Source: Candidatus Nanopelagicales bacterium
Lineage (GTDB): Bacteria; Actinomycetota; Actinomycetes; S36-B12
DNA: 44,638 bases
Reading direction: 5' to 3'
NCBI GenBank assembly: GCA_051007175.1
Contig: JBPCSL010000014.1
Coordinates: forward strand, 1 to 44,638
The notes under the pieces were generated by a model. The model saw only the letters and a program-made list of their open reading frames with translations, had not been told where the DNA came from and searched no databases. Made by a program: the position numbers and the translations under genes. Below, piece after piece: positions 1 through 9,404 of the stretch (its first letter is position 1; the number at the start of each line of letters is the position of its first letter).

Positions 1-318
1 TACCCGGAGGGGACGATCACCAAGGACCCGGACATGTGGCCGATGGTGGCCAAGACCGGTGCCGCCCGCATCGCCCTCACGGCCCGGGTGCCGGTGATCC
101 CGATGGCCCACTGGGGCGCGCACACCGTCATGCGTCCCTACAGGAAGGAACTGCGGATCCTGCCGCGCAAGACGATGCACGTCATCGTGGGACCGCCAGT
201 CGCCCTCGACGACCTCTACGACAAGCCTCTCGACGCCGACACCTTGCACGAGGCCACCGAGCGCATCATGGCGGCCATCACCGACATGCTGCGTCAGCTG
301 CGGAAGGAGAACCCATGA
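1..318 (+). CDS. plsC: 1-acyl-sn-glycerol-3-phosphate (lysophospholipid) acyltransferase, C-terminal part; 5' end lies outside the window
   Basis: Frame +1 is open from base 1 (YPEGTITKDPDMWPM...). It has the PEGT acyltransferase block followed by ARVPVIPMAHWG. The stop TGA 316-318 overlaps the gpsA ATG (ATGA). Confidence 0.75.
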   Translation, partial: YPEGTITKDPDMWPMVAKTGAARIALTARVPVIPMAHWGAHTVMRPYRKELRILPRKTMHVIVGPPVALDDLYDKPLDADTLHEATERIMAAITDMLRQLRKENP

Positions 319-1322
319 GCCGCGTCACCGTCATGGGAGGGGGGTCGTGGGGCACCGCGTTCGCCATGGTCCTGGCCGACGCCGGCGGAGACGTCGTCAT
401 GTGGACGCGCGACCCGGCATCCGCTCGCGAGATCAACGACGAGCACGCCAACGAGAGGTACCACCCCGGGATCGCACTGCCCTCGGCCATCCGGGCCACC
501 GATGATGCCGGCGAGGCGCTCGAGGGCGCGGGACTGGTCGTGCTCGCCGTACCTGCCCAGTCGCTGCGCGACAACCTTGCGGCGTGGCGCCCGATGCTGG
601 ACGCCGACGCCGTGCTCGTGAGCCTGATGAAGGGCATCGAGATCGGCACCTCCCTACGGATGAGCCAGGTCATCGAGGGCGTGGCCGAGGTGCCGGCGAG
701 CCGGGTCGCGGTCGTGTCCGGCCCCAACCTCGCGCGCGAGATCGCGGTGCGCCAGCCTGCGGCCACCACGGTGGCGTGCTCGGATCGCGACAGCGCCCAG
801 CGCCTGCAGGATGCCTGCACCACGGACTACTTCCGGCCCTACTGGACCACCGACGTGGTCGGGGTGGAGATCGGCGGATCGGTCAAGAACGTGATCGCGC
901 TGGCGAATGGCATGGCGGCCGGCCTCGGCTTCGGGGAGAACTCGCAGGCGTCCCTCATCACGCGCGGCCTCGCCGAGATGGCGCGCCTGGGCGTGGCCCT
1001 GGGCGCTGACCCGCTCACCTTCCAGGGCCTGGCGGGGGTGGGCGACCTCATCGCGACCTGCCAGTCGTCGCTGTCCCGCAACCGCACCTTCGGCGTGAAT
1101 CTCGGCTCGGGGCTGTCGGTGGACGAGACGATCGCGCTCACCCGGCAGACGTGCGAGGGCGTCAAGAGCTGCCAGTCGATCCTCGACCTCGCCCAGAGTC
1201 ACGGCGTCGACATGCCCATCACCGAGCAGGTGGTCCAGGTGGTGCACCACGGCATGACGCCCAAGGCCATGCTGTCGGCCTTCATGTCGCGCTCGCCCAA
1301 GGCAGAGGCGACGCTGCACTAG
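315..1322 (+). CDS. gpsA: NAD(P)H-dependent glycerol-3-phosphate dehydrogenase
   Basis: ATG 315 lies inside ORF 36..1322. The N-terminus MSRVTVMGGGSWGTAFA is a GxGxxG Rossmann start. Length is 335 aa. The 93 upstream codons of the ORF are Arg/His/Pro-rich out-of-frame read-through of plsC. Confidence 0.93.
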   Translation: MSRVTVMGGGSWGTAFAMVLADAGGDVVMWTRDPASAREINDEHANERYHPGIALPSAIRATDDAGEALEGAGLVVLAVPAQSLRDNLAAWRPMLDADAVLVSLMKGIEIGTSLRMSQVIEGVAEVPASRVAVVSGPNLAREIAVRQPAATTVACSDRDSAQRLQDACTTDYFRPYWTTDVVGVEIGGSVKNVIALANGMAAGLGFGENSQASLITRGLAEMARLGVALGADPLTFQGLAGVGDLIATCQSSLSRNRTFGVNLGSGLSVDETIALTRQTCEGVKSCQSILDLAQSHGVDMPITEQVVQVVHHGMTPKAMLSAFMSRSPKAEATLH

Positions 1323-2422
1323 CCGCGCAGCGCCTGGTCGAGGTCGGCCCACAGGTCCTGCGGGTCCTCGATGCCGACGGACAGGCGCAGGAGGGACTCC
1401 GGCACGAGGGGGTTCTCCATCGCCCACCGGCGACGGCGTTCGATGAGGGACTCCACTCCGCCCAGGCTCGTGGCATGGACCCAGAGCGTCGTGCGCTCCG
1501 CGACCGACTGGGCCGCGTCGGCGCCGCCGCGGACCTCGATCGAGATCATGGTGCCGGGCCCGGTCATCTGCGCGTGCGCGAGCGCGTGGCCAGGATCGTC
1601 CGCCAGGCCGGGGTAGCGCACCCTCTCGACGGCGGGGTGCGCCGCGAGGCGCTCGGCGATGATGCGCGCCGACTCCTGCGAGCGCGCATGCCGCAGCGAG
1701 AGCGTGCGCAGGCCGCGCAGGACCAGGAAGCACTCCAGGGCGCCGGGAGTGGCGCCCATGAGCGTGCGGCGCAGCCGCAGCGCCTCAAGGCGCGCGGGGT
1801 CCGCCGTGACCACGGCACCGAGCAGGCAGTCGGAGTGCCCGCCAATCGACTTGGTGGCACTGTGCAGCACGACGTCGGCCCCAAGCGCGAGCGGGTGCTG
1901 GCCGAGCGGTGAGGCGAAGGTGTTGTCGACGACAACGAGCGCCTCGCCGGCGGCGTCCGCGATGGCGGCGATGTCGGCGATCTCGAGCATCGGGTTGGTG
2001 GGCGACTCGATCCAGACCGCGTCGGCATCGGAGCAGGCCGTGCGCACGGTCTCGGTATCGGCGATGTCGAGCGCCGTCAGGCGAATGCGTCCGACCGCGT
2101 CGAGCTCGCGCATGCGCAGGGCGACGCCGGTGTAGGCGAACCGCGGGGCCACGACCCGCGCGCCCGCGGGCAGCAGGTCGAGGATCGCGTTGGCCGCCGC
2201 CATGCCCGAGGAGAAGACGACCGCCTCCCCGCCCTCGAGAGGACCGAGAGCGGCCTCGAGGGCCGCCATGCCGTGGGTGCCATCCCGGGCGTACTCGGGG
2301 TCGCCACCGGCGTAGTAGGTGGAGGACGGCTCGATCGGGTAGTTGAGTGGCCGTCCCGGCTCGGCGGGCGGCCGCCCCGAGTGCACGAGGCGCGTCTCCA
2401 CCGACCAGGTCTCCTCCGGCAT
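1319..2422 (-). CDS. Cys/Met-metabolism PLP-dependent enzyme (cystathionine gamma-synthase/gamma-lyase family)
   Basis: The ATG (CAT 2420-2422) lies inside ORF 1319..2833, giving 367 aa. HSATKSIGGHSD is the PLP-lysine motif. An alternative GTG start at 2404 is preceded by GGAGGAG. Confidence 0.88.
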   Translation of the reverse strand: MPEETWSVETRLVHSGRPPAEPGRPLNYPIEPSSTYYAGGDPEYARDGTHGMAALEAALGPLEGGEAVVFSSGMAAANAILDLLPAGARVVAPRFAYTGVALRMRELDAVGRIRLTALDIADTETVRTACSDADAVWIESPTNPMLEIADIAAIADAAGEALVVVDNTFASPLGQHPLALGADVVLHSATKSIGGHSDCLLGAVVTADPARLEALRLRRTLMGATPGALECFLVLRGLRTLSLRHARSQESARIIAERLAAHPAVERVRYPGLADDPGHALAHAQMTGPGTMISIEVRGGADAAQSVAERTTLWVHATSLGGVESLIERRRRWAMENPLVPESLLRLSVGIEDPQDLWADLDQALRG

Positions 2423-3551
2423 GGCGCCGACACTAGCGAGGCGCGCGACGGATAGCGTCGCTGCCGTGGCGATCGATCGGCGGCGGGTCCTGGTGGTCTT
2501 CGGGGGACGCAGCAGTGAGCACGCGATCTCCTGCCTCAGCGCCGCCGGCATCCTGCGCGCGCTCGATCCGCAGCGGTACGACGTCTCGGCGGTGGGCATC
2601 CGTCCCGACGGACGGTGGGTCCAGGCGTCGGTCGACCCCCGATCACTCGAGGCGACCGGCGGGCAGCTGCCGGCGGTCGCGGAAGGGGAGTCGGTCGCGC
2701 TGCTGGCGGAGCCGGTGGGCGCGGACGTGAGCATTCCCGGTGTCCTGCGCGGCATCGATGTCGTCTTCCCCGTCCTCCATGGACCCTGGGGGGAGGACGG
2801 CACGGTCCAGGGACTGCTCGAGATGGCCGGCATCCCCTACGTCGGCTCGGGCGTGTTCGCGTCGGCCGCCGCGATGGACAAGGGCCACATGAAGGCGATG
2901 CTCGCCCACGGGGGGCTTCCCGTCGGCTCGTACGTCGTCATCACGGATCAGGAGTGGGAGCGGGAGCCCGCAGCCTGCCGGGAGCGCATCGCCGCCCTGG
3001 GCTTCCCCGTCTTCATCAAGCCCGCGCGCGCGGGCTCATCGGTCGGCATCTCGAAGGTGGCCGATGCGGCGGGCCTGGACGCCGCGATCGCGGAGGCGCG
3101 CAGGTCAGACCGGCGCATCATTGCGGAAGCCGCTGTCGCCGACGCCCGCGAGATCGAGTGCGGTGTCCTCGTCGATGCCAGCGGCGCTCCGCAGGCGAGT
3201 CGCTGCGCGGAGATCCGCATCACGGGCGGCCACGAGTTCTACGACTTCGAGGCCAAGTACCTGGACGATGCCGCCGAGCTCATCGTGCCGGCAGAGCTCG
3301 ATCCGGCCGTCGAGGACGAGGTGCGACGCCTCGCGATTCGGGCTTTCGGGGCGCTCGGCTGCGAGGGTCTGGCCCGCGTCGACTTCTTCGTGCGCGACGA
3401 CGGCATCCTCGTCAACGAGGTCAACACAATGCCCGGCTTCACGCCGATCTCGATGTTCCCGCGCATGTGGGGTGCGACGGGTATCGACTATGCCGCGCTG
3501 GTGGACCGCCTGGTCGACGACGCCGTGCGCAAGGGCACCGGCCTGCGCTAG
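2421..3551 (+). CDS. ddl: D-alanine--D-alanine ligase
   Basis: The N-terminus has RVLVVFGGRSSEHAISCLSA. The ATP-grasp region has FPVFIKPARAGSSVGISKV and the C-terminus has EVNTMPGFTPISMFPRMW. The start is ATG 2421 (376 aa) or in-frame GTG 2466 (361 aa), and this is unresolved. Confidence 0.92.
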   Translation: MAPTLARRATDSVAAVAIDRRRVLVVFGGRSSEHAISCLSAAGILRALDPQRYDVSAVGIRPDGRWVQASVDPRSLEATGGQLPAVAEGESVALLAEPVGADVSIPGVLRGIDVVFPVLHGPWGEDGTVQGLLEMAGIPYVGSGVFASAAAMDKGHMKAMLAHGGLPVGSYVVITDQEWEREPAACRERIAALGFPVFIKPARAGSSVGISKVADAAGLDAAIAEARRSDRRIIAEAAVADAREIECGVLVDASGAPQASRCAEIRITGGHEFYDFEAKYLDDAAELIVPAELDPAVEDEVRRLAIRAFGALGCEGLARVDFFVRDDGILVNEVNTMPGFTPISMFPRMWGATGIDYAALVDRLVDDAVRKGTGLR

Positions 3552-3985
3552 CCGCGAAGCGCCGGGGAGATGTCGGCCAGCACGTCGGCGGGAGCGGCGT
3601 ACGCGCCCGGGACGATGACCTCGACGTACGCCGGCGCCTGCTCGCTCGGCCAGTCCACGGCCACGAACGCCGCACCGCCCTGTCCCTGGATCGGCAGCCA
3701 GTCAACGCCGTCGACGTCGATGAGCTGCGACGTCGGCGCGAGGGCCGTGGGACGCGGCACGCCGCAGCGCAGGGTGATCGGCGGCTCGCCCCAGGCTGCC
3801 GTGCCCTCCTGCGTGGTGGGGCGGCGCCCGGCGCCCGCCACGGTCTCCGGGTAGGTCACGGACGCGCAGGCCGTCGAGGGGCTCTCGGGGGGCGCGACGT
3901 CGACCTGGCGACCGCAGGCTGCGACCGGGAGGGCGAATGCGAGGGCGGCCACGGCCGCCCCGGTCACAGGTGGACGACGGGGCAC
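3548..3985 (-). CDS. Putative lipoprotein (DUF3515-like by position)
   Basis: The N-terminus MPRRPPVTGAAVAALAFALPVAAC has a basic n-region, a hydrophobic core and a lipobox-like Cys. Its position between ddl and thiL matches recalled actinobacterial synteny (not searched). An alternative GTG at 3967 forms a GTGA overlap with the upstream stop. Confidence 0.7.
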   Translation of the reverse strand: MPRRPPVTGAAVAALAFALPVAACGRQVDVAPPESPSTACASVTYPETVAGAGRRPTTQEGTAAWGEPPITLRCGVPRPTALAPTSQLIDVDGVDWLPIQGQGGAAFVAVDWPSEQAPAYVEVIVPGAYAAPADVLADISPALRG

Positions 3986-4200
3986 GTGAGGGTACGGGTG
4001 ATGCCCGGGACCTTCTGGATGCCGCCGAGGACCGTGCGCCCCAGATCGTCCATCGTGGGCGCCTCCGCGCGCACGATCACGTCGTAGGGGCCCGTGACGT
4101 CCTCGGCGAGGGTCACGCCGGGGATCGCGGCGATGGCACGGGTGACGTCACCCGCGGTGCCGACCTCCGTCTGGACGAGGATGTAGGCCTGTACGTTCAC
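3964..4200 (-). CDS. Stand-alone Lrp/AsnC ligand-binding-domain protein (no HTH)
   Basis: 78 aa. It shows the pattern AYILVQTEVG...VTGPYDVIVRAEA...L typical of small AsnC-type effector domains. GC3-rich frame. Confidence 0.72.
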   Translation of the reverse strand: MNVQAYILVQTEVGTAGDVTRAIAAIPGVTLAEDVTGPYDVIVRAEAPTMDDLGRTVLGGIQKVPGITRTLTCPVVHL

Positions 4201-4269
4201 CGGAGAACCCCCTTCGCAGAACGTGGGCCGAGACTAGCGGCTGCTGCACCGGGGGAGGACGGAGGGACC

Positions 4270-5238
4270 ATGGCCGAGTCCGTCGGCGACCTGGGCGAGC
4301 TGGCCCTCGTCGAGCGCATCATCGCGGCGGTTGGCGCGCCGGCTCGACGCGCCTCGGTGATCCTCGGTCCCGGCGACGACGCCGCCGTCCTCGCGGCGCC
4401 GGATGAGCGCGTGGTCGTCACCACGGATGTCCTGGTCGAGGGCCGGCACTTCCGCCGGGACTGGTCCAGCGCCGAGGACGTCGGCGTCAAGGCGGCCGCG
4501 GAGAACCTCGCGGACATCGCGGCCATGGGAGCTCAGCCCACCGGGCTCGTCGTCGGGCTCGCCATGCCGCCGGAGACGGAGGTTGCGTGGGTCGACGGCC
4601 TGCTGGCCGGGCTCGTGTCGGAGTCGAAGCGCGCCGGCGCGGCCCTGGTGGGCGGCGACGTCGTGCGCGCGGACACGGTTTTCCTGTCGGTGACGGCCCT
4701 GGGCGACCTGCAGGGCCGTCCGCCTGTGCTGAGGTCGGGTGCGAAGGCCGGCGATGTCGTCGCCGTCAGTGGGCGACTCGGGTGCGCGGCTGCGGGACTT
4801 GCCGTGCTGTCGCGAGGCTTCCGATCGCCGCGCGCGCTCGTCGACGCGCATCGGCGCCCCGAGCCGGACTATGCGGCGGGCATCCGCGCCGCGGAGTCGG
4901 GAGCGCACGCGCTCATGGATGTGAGCGACGGGCTGCTCATCGACGCGGGGCGCATGGCGCGCGCGTCAGGGGTGGATATCGACATCGATGCGGACGTCAT
5001 TCCCATGGACGAGGTGCTCCTCACCACGGCTTCGGCGTACAACCTGGACCCGCTGCTGTGGATCCTGGGCGGGGGCGATGATCACGCGATGCTCGCGACC
5101 TTCCCGCGGGGACGCGATCTGCCCGCGGGGTTCGCCGCCGTCGGCGTGGTGGCGAAGGCGACGGGGGATGGGCCGACGGTCACCGTCGACGGGAAGAAGC
5201 CGAGCCAGGTGGCCGGCTTCGAGCACTTCCGCTCGTAG
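4270..5238 (+). CDS. thiL: Thiamine-monophosphate kinase
   Basis: ATG 4270 is preceded by GGAGGGA (4261-4267). The AIR-synthase-like motifs GELALVERI, ILGPGDDAAVL and VVTTDVLVEGRHF are present. Length is 322 aa. Confidence 0.9.
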   Translation: MAESVGDLGELALVERIIAAVGAPARRASVILGPGDDAAVLAAPDERVVVTTDVLVEGRHFRRDWSSAEDVGVKAAAENLADIAAMGAQPTGLVVGLAMPPETEVAWVDGLLAGLVSESKRAGAALVGGDVVRADTVFLSVTALGDLQGRPPVLRSGAKAGDVVAVSGRLGCAAAGLAVLSRGFRSPRALVDAHRRPEPDYAAGIRAAESGAHALMDVSDGLLIDAGRMARASGVDIDIDADVIPMDEVLLTTASAYNLDPLLWILGGGDDHAMLATFPRGRDLPAGFAAVGVVAKATGDGPTVTVDGKKPSQVAGFEHFRS

Positions 5239-5242
5239 GGCG

Positions 5243-5431
5243 CTAGGCGCGGGTGACCTTGCCTGCCTTGAGGCAGGAGGTGCACACGTTGAGGCGCTTG
5301 GGGGTGCGGCCGACGAGGGTGCGCACGGACTGGATATTCGGGTTCCAGCGGCGCGACGTGCGGCGATGCGAGTGCGAGATGCTGTTGCCGAAGCCGGGGC
5401 CCTTGCCGCAGACATCACAGGTGGCAGCCAC
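5243..5431 (-). CDS. rpmB: 50S ribosomal protein L28 (zinc-ribbon form)
   Basis: The GTG start (CAC 5429-5431) is preceded by AAGGAGAA on the minus strand. The translation is [34 protein letters not shown]...CTSC, 62 aa. Confidence 0.93.
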   Translation of the reverse strand: MAATCDVCGKGPGFGNSISHSHRRTSRRWNPNIQSVRTLVGRTPKRLNVCTSCLKAGKVTRA

Positions 5432-5481
5432 GGTCTTCTCCTTGGACAGCGCTCCGAGCCGAGTGCCCGGGCAACCTGAGA

Positions 5482-5510
5482 AGGGTAGCCGAGCCCCTCG
5501 TCTGCGCTCA
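5482..5510 (-). promoter_or_regulatory. Candidate rpmB promoter: TTGAGC-18 nt-TACCCT (minus strand)
   Basis: The reverse complement of 5505-5510 is TTGAGC and of 5482-5487 is TACCCT (a TAnnnT -10). The -10 lies about 50 nt upstream of the rpmB GTG. Pattern match only. Confidence 0.3.
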
Positions 5511-5562
5511 AATGGGGCCGCCCCGGCCGGTAGCGTGAGCCCGGGTGAGGGGAGGTAGGCGG

Positions 5563-7197
5563 GTGGACGACCCGGTGGCACCGCCTCTCAATGCCGTGTC
5601 CGTGCGCGCCTGGGCCGAAGCCTCCCTCGAGGCCCTCGGCGAGGCCCGAGCCGCCATCGACGCCCTCAATGTCTTCCCGGTCCCCGATGGCGACACGGGG
5701 ACCAACATGTTCCTCACCCTGGAGTCGGCCTGCTCGGGGATCGCGGAGGTCTTCGAAGGGCCCCGCCCCGGCCTGACCGAGGTGGCCGACGCCTTCGCCC
5801 AGGGCGCGCTGCTGGGCGCCCGGGGCAACTCCGGGGTGATCCTTGCTCAGGTCATCCGCGGGGTGTCGTCGGTGCTGGCGGACCAACCGGATGGAGCGCC
5901 GTTCACCGCCGCCATCGTGCGCACCGGCCTGCGTCGCGCGTGCGACGAGGCCTACCGCGCGGTGGCGCATCCGGTCGAGGGCACGATCCTCACCGTCGCG
6001 CGCGCGGCTGCCGATGCTGCGGAGCAGTGGCCTGAAGACGACCTCGTGGGCGTCGTCGAGAGCGCGACCGCCGCGGCGCGCGAGGCGCTGGACCGTACGC
6101 CGGAGATGCTGCCGGTCCTGCGCGATGCGGGGGTCGTCGATGCCGGCGGCCAGGGACTCGTGGTCGTGTACGACGCCCTCCTCGATGTCGTCACCGGGGT
6201 GCGACGTCGCCGCCCTGGCCGCGGCGCGCGCCCGAAGCTCCCGGTGGCCGCACGGCTGGGCTCGGCAGCCCACGGACTGCCGGTGGCTCCGGCAGGCGGG
6301 GAGACGTCGTACGAGGTCATGTACCTCTTCGGGGGCGATGACCAGGCCGCCGGTGCCTTGCGCGACCAGCTCGACGCCCTGGGGGACTCGCTGGTCGTCA
6401 CGGGCGACAAGGGCCTGTGGAACGTGCACGTGCATGTGCACGATGCCGGCGCCGCGATCGAGGCCGGGCTGGCCCTGGGCCGTGTCCATCGCATCCGTGT
6501 CACCTATCTCCCGGCGGCCCTGCCCGCGGAGGCGCGCGTCGGCCGAGGCGTGGTGGTGGTGGCCCACGGCCCCGGCGTCGCCGACCTGCTGGCGGAGCAG
6601 GGGGCTGTCGTCGTGCCGGCACGGCCACGCCGCCGTCCGTCGACCGCGGAGATCCTCGACGGGGTCACCCGCGCGAATGCTGCCGAGGTCCTCCTGTTGC
6701 CGAGCGATTCCGACACCCTCGCGGTCGCCGAGGCCGCGGCGGAGCAGGCGCGCAGTGCCGGCATTCGCGTCTCGGTCATCCCGACCCGGTCGGTGGTGCA
6801 GAGCCTCGCGGCCGCGGCCGTGCACGACCCGGCCGCCCGCTTCGACGACGATGTCGTCGCGATGACGCGTGCCGCCGGTGCCACCCGCTACGGCGCCGTG
6901 ACCGTGGCCTCGCGCGAGGCCATGACCTCCGCCGGTCCCTGCCGCGAGGGCGATGTCCTGGGCCTCGCGGATGGCGACATCGTCGAGATCGGCAGCAGCG
7001 TCCCCGAGGTGTCGCGCGCCGTCCTGCAGCGCCTGCTGTCCTCCGGGGGCGAGCTCGTCACGCTCGTGACCGGCGAGGAGGGAGTCGGGCTGTCCGACGA
7101 CTTGGAGGAGTGGCTGCAGTCCCAGCACCCGGGCATGGACCTCGTCGCCGTCGCGGGCGGCCAGCCGCTGTGGCCGCTCATCGTCGGAGTGGAGTAG
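5563..7197 (+). CDS. DAK2 domain-containing protein (YloV-like)
   Basis: [15 protein letters not shown] is the Dak2 phosphate-binding motif. GTG 5563 lies 7 nt after GGGGAGG. A longer option starts at GTG 5545. It sits upstream of recG, as in many Gram-positive bacteria. Confidence 0.88.
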   Translation: MDDPVAPPLNAVSVRAWAEASLEALGEARAAIDALNVFPVPDGDTGTNMFLTLESACSGIAEVFEGPRPGLTEVADAFAQGALLGARGNSGVILAQVIRGVSSVLADQPDGAPFTAAIVRTGLRRACDEAYRAVAHPVEGTILTVARAAADAAEQWPEDDLVGVVESATAAAREALDRTPEMLPVLRDAGVVDAGGQGLVVVYDALLDVVTGVRRRRPGRGARPKLPVAARLGSAAHGLPVAPAGGETSYEVMYLFGGDDQAAGALRDQLDALGDSLVVTGDKGLWNVHVHVHDAGAAIEAGLALGRVHRIRVTYLPAALPAEARVGRGVVVVAHGPGVADLLAEQGAVVVPARPRRRPSTAEILDGVTRANAAEVLLLPSDSDTLAVAEAAAEQARSAGIRVSVIPTRSVVQSLAAAAVHDPAARFDDDVVAMTRAAGATRYGAVTVASREAMTSAGPCREGDVLGLADGDIVEIGSSVPEVSRAVLQRLLSSGGELVTLVTGEEGVGLSDDLEEWLQSQHPGMDLVAVAGGQPLWPLIVGVE

Positions 7198-7201
7198 GGC
7201 C

Positions 7202-9403
7202 GTGGTGCGCGCGGGCATGAACGCCCCCGTCTCGGTCGTGGCGGGTGGCAAGACCGCCAAGGCCCTGCGGGATGGCCTGGGCATCGAGACGGTCGGCGAC
7301 CTGCTGCGTCACTACCCGCGTCGCTACATCGACCCGGGGGAGCTCACCGACCTCGCCACCCTGCAGGTGGGCGAGCATGCCACGGTCTTCGCCGAGGTCG
7401 TGTCCGCGACGAATCGCCGGATGACTCAGCGCAAGGGCACGATCACCGAGGTCGTGGTCTCCGACGGGCAAGGCCGCATCAGTCTTGTCTTCTTCAATCA
7501 GCCGTGGCGTGTGGAGAAGGAGCTGCGCCCGGGCCGCCGCGGCCTCTTCGCGGGCACGGTCTCGGCGTACGGAGGCACTCGACAGCTCGCGCACCCGCGC
7601 TTCGTCATGCTTCCCGATGCGGGAGTCGACGACGCCGAAGCCGAGGCCGCTTTCGCCGACCTCATCATCCCGATCTACCCGGCCACCGCGGGACTGCCGA
7701 GCTGGCGCATCCAGCAGGCGGTGCGACTGGCTCTGGACTCCATCAGCGACGTCGACGACCCGCTGCCCCCCGCGGTGCGCATGCGACACGGGCTGCTGGG
7801 CCTCACCGACGCGCTGCGCGCCGTGCATCGCCCGCCGGAGCGCGCGTCCATCGAGCTAGGCCAGCGCCGACTGCGTTTCGAGGAGGCCTTCGGCCTGCAG
7901 GTCGTCCTGGCCCAGCGTCGTCACGACCTCGAGGGCCAGCGGGCGCTCGCGCGCCCTGGCCAGCGGGGCGGGCTGCTCGATGCCCTCGATGAGCGCCTCC
8001 ACTTCGAGCTCACCTCGGCGCAGAGCCGCGTGGGGGAGGAGATCGCGGCCGACCTGTCGCGCGAGCATCCGATGCACCGACTTCTGCAGGGAGATGTGGG
8101 CAGCGGCAAGACTCTCGTCGCGCTGCGCGCGATGCTGCAGGTCGTCGACTCGGGCGGGCAGGCCGCCTTGCTTGCGCCCACCGAGGTGCTCGCCCAGCAG
8201 CACCTGAGGACCCTGCGCGCCTTCCTCGGGCCGCTCGCGGAGGCGGGGCAGCTGGGCGGCGACGCTGCAGGAACCCGGGTGGCCTTCCTCTCCGGCTCGC
8301 AGGGCGCGCGCGCACGGCGCGAGGAGCTGGCGGCGATCGCGAGCGGCGAGGCCGGCATCGTCGTCGGTACGCACGCGCTGCTCGAGGAAACCGTGGAGTT
8401 CGCTGACCTCGGCCTCGTCGTCGTCGATGAGCAGCATCGATTTGGCGTCGAGCAGCGCGCGGCTCTCGCGGCGCGGGCGCTCGAGGGCACCCGTCCGCAC
8501 GTGCTCGTGATGACGGCGACCCCGATCCCGCGCACGGTCGCCATGACGGTCTTCGGCGATCTCGACGTGAGCGTCATCGATGCCTACCCGCCCGGGCGCG
8601 GCACCATTGCCACCCATGTGGTCGCGCCCCGCGAGCACCCGACCCATCTCGCCCGGGCCTGGCAGCGGGTCCGCGAGGAAGTGGCGGCCGGGCGCAAGGT
8701 CTTCGTGGTGTGCCCGCGCATCGGCGACGACGCGGGATCGGAGGAGGAGATCGGCTCCGTGGAGCCCGAGAGCGCACCGACCTCGAGCGTCCTGGACGTC
8801 GTGGACGAGCTGCGCGAGCGGCTGCTGCCCGGGCTGCGGATCGGTGCCGTCCACGGTCGCATGCCGGCGGAGGAGAAGGAGGAGGCCATGCGTCGCCTGG
8901 CGGCGCCGGCGGATGATCCCGAGGCCCTCGACGTGCTCGTGGCCACCACGGTCATCGAGGTGGGCGTCGACATCCCCGCTGCCTCCACCATGGTCATCCT
9001 CGATGCCGACCGGTTCGGCATCTCCCAGCTGCACCAGCTGCGAGGCCGCATTGCGCGCGGCGGCGAGGACGGTCTCTGCCTGCTCGTCACCGCCGCCGAC
9101 TCGGACAGCCCGGCACGCGGCCGCCTCGCCGCGGTCGCCGCGACCACGGATGGATTCGAGCTCGCGCGCGTGGACCTGCAGGCGCGTCGCGAGGGGGACA
9201 TCCTCGGCACGTCACAGTCCGGGCGGCGGTCCTCCCTGCGCCTTCTCGAGGTCATCCGCGATGAGGACGTCGTCGACGAGGCCCGCGACGCGGCCATCGA
9301 GATCGTCGCCGACGATCCGACCCTCAGCAGGTCGCCTGTCCTGCGCGAGCACATTGCGGAGCTGTCTCGCGACGACCGCTCCGACTACCTGGAGAAGGGC
9401 TGA
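7202..9403 (+). CDS. recG: ATP-dependent DNA helicase RecG
   Basis: Contains GDVGSGKT (Walker A), VVDEQHRFG (DEQH box) and an N-terminal wedge-domain region. GTG 7202 follows GGAGTGGAG. An alternative ATG is at 7217. Confidence 0.93.
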   Translation: MVRAGMNAPVSVVAGGKTAKALRDGLGIETVGDLLRHYPRRYIDPGELTDLATLQVGEHATVFAEVVSATNRRMTQRKGTITEVVVSDGQGRISLVFFNQPWRVEKELRPGRRGLFAGTVSAYGGTRQLAHPRFVMLPDAGVDDAEAEAAFADLIIPIYPATAGLPSWRIQQAVRLALDSISDVDDPLPPAVRMRHGLLGLTDALRAVHRPPERASIELGQRRLRFEEAFGLQVVLAQRRHDLEGQRALARPGQRGGLLDALDERLHFELTSAQSRVGEEIAADLSREHPMHRLLQGDVGSGKTLVALRAMLQVVDSGGQAALLAPTEVLAQQHLRTLRAFLGPLAEAGQLGGDAAGTRVAFLSGSQGARARREELAAIASGEAGIVVGTHALLEETVEFADLGLVVVDEQHRFGVEQRAALAARALEGTRPHVLVMTATPIPRTVAMTVFGDLDVSVIDAYPPGRGTIATHVVAPREHPTHLARAWQRVREEVAAGRKVFVVCPRIGDDAGSEEEIGSVEPESAPTSSVLDVVDELRERLLPGLRIGAVHGRMPAEEKEEAMRRLAAPADDPEALDVLVATTVIEVGVDIPAASTMVILDADRFGISQLHQLRGRIARGGEDGLCLLVTAADSDSPARGRLAAVAATTDGFELARVDLQARREGDILGTSQSGRRSSLRLLEVIRDEDVVDEARDAAIEIVADDPTLSRSPVLREHIAELSRDDRSDYLEKG

Positions 9404-9404
9404 C

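Noticed and set aside
2615-4087. 490-aa + strand ORF running out of frame through ddl and the two downstream minus-strand genes
   Set aside because: The composition is dominated by Arg/Gly/Pro. It overlaps three better-supported genes. It is not credible as coding.
4966-7284. 772-aa ORF on the minus strand, antisense to the DAK2 gene
   Set aside because: The product is an Arg/Gly/Pro/His-rich low-complexity translation with no motifs. It fully overlaps a well-supported + strand gene. This is the typical stop-codon-poor shadow frame of high-GC DNA.
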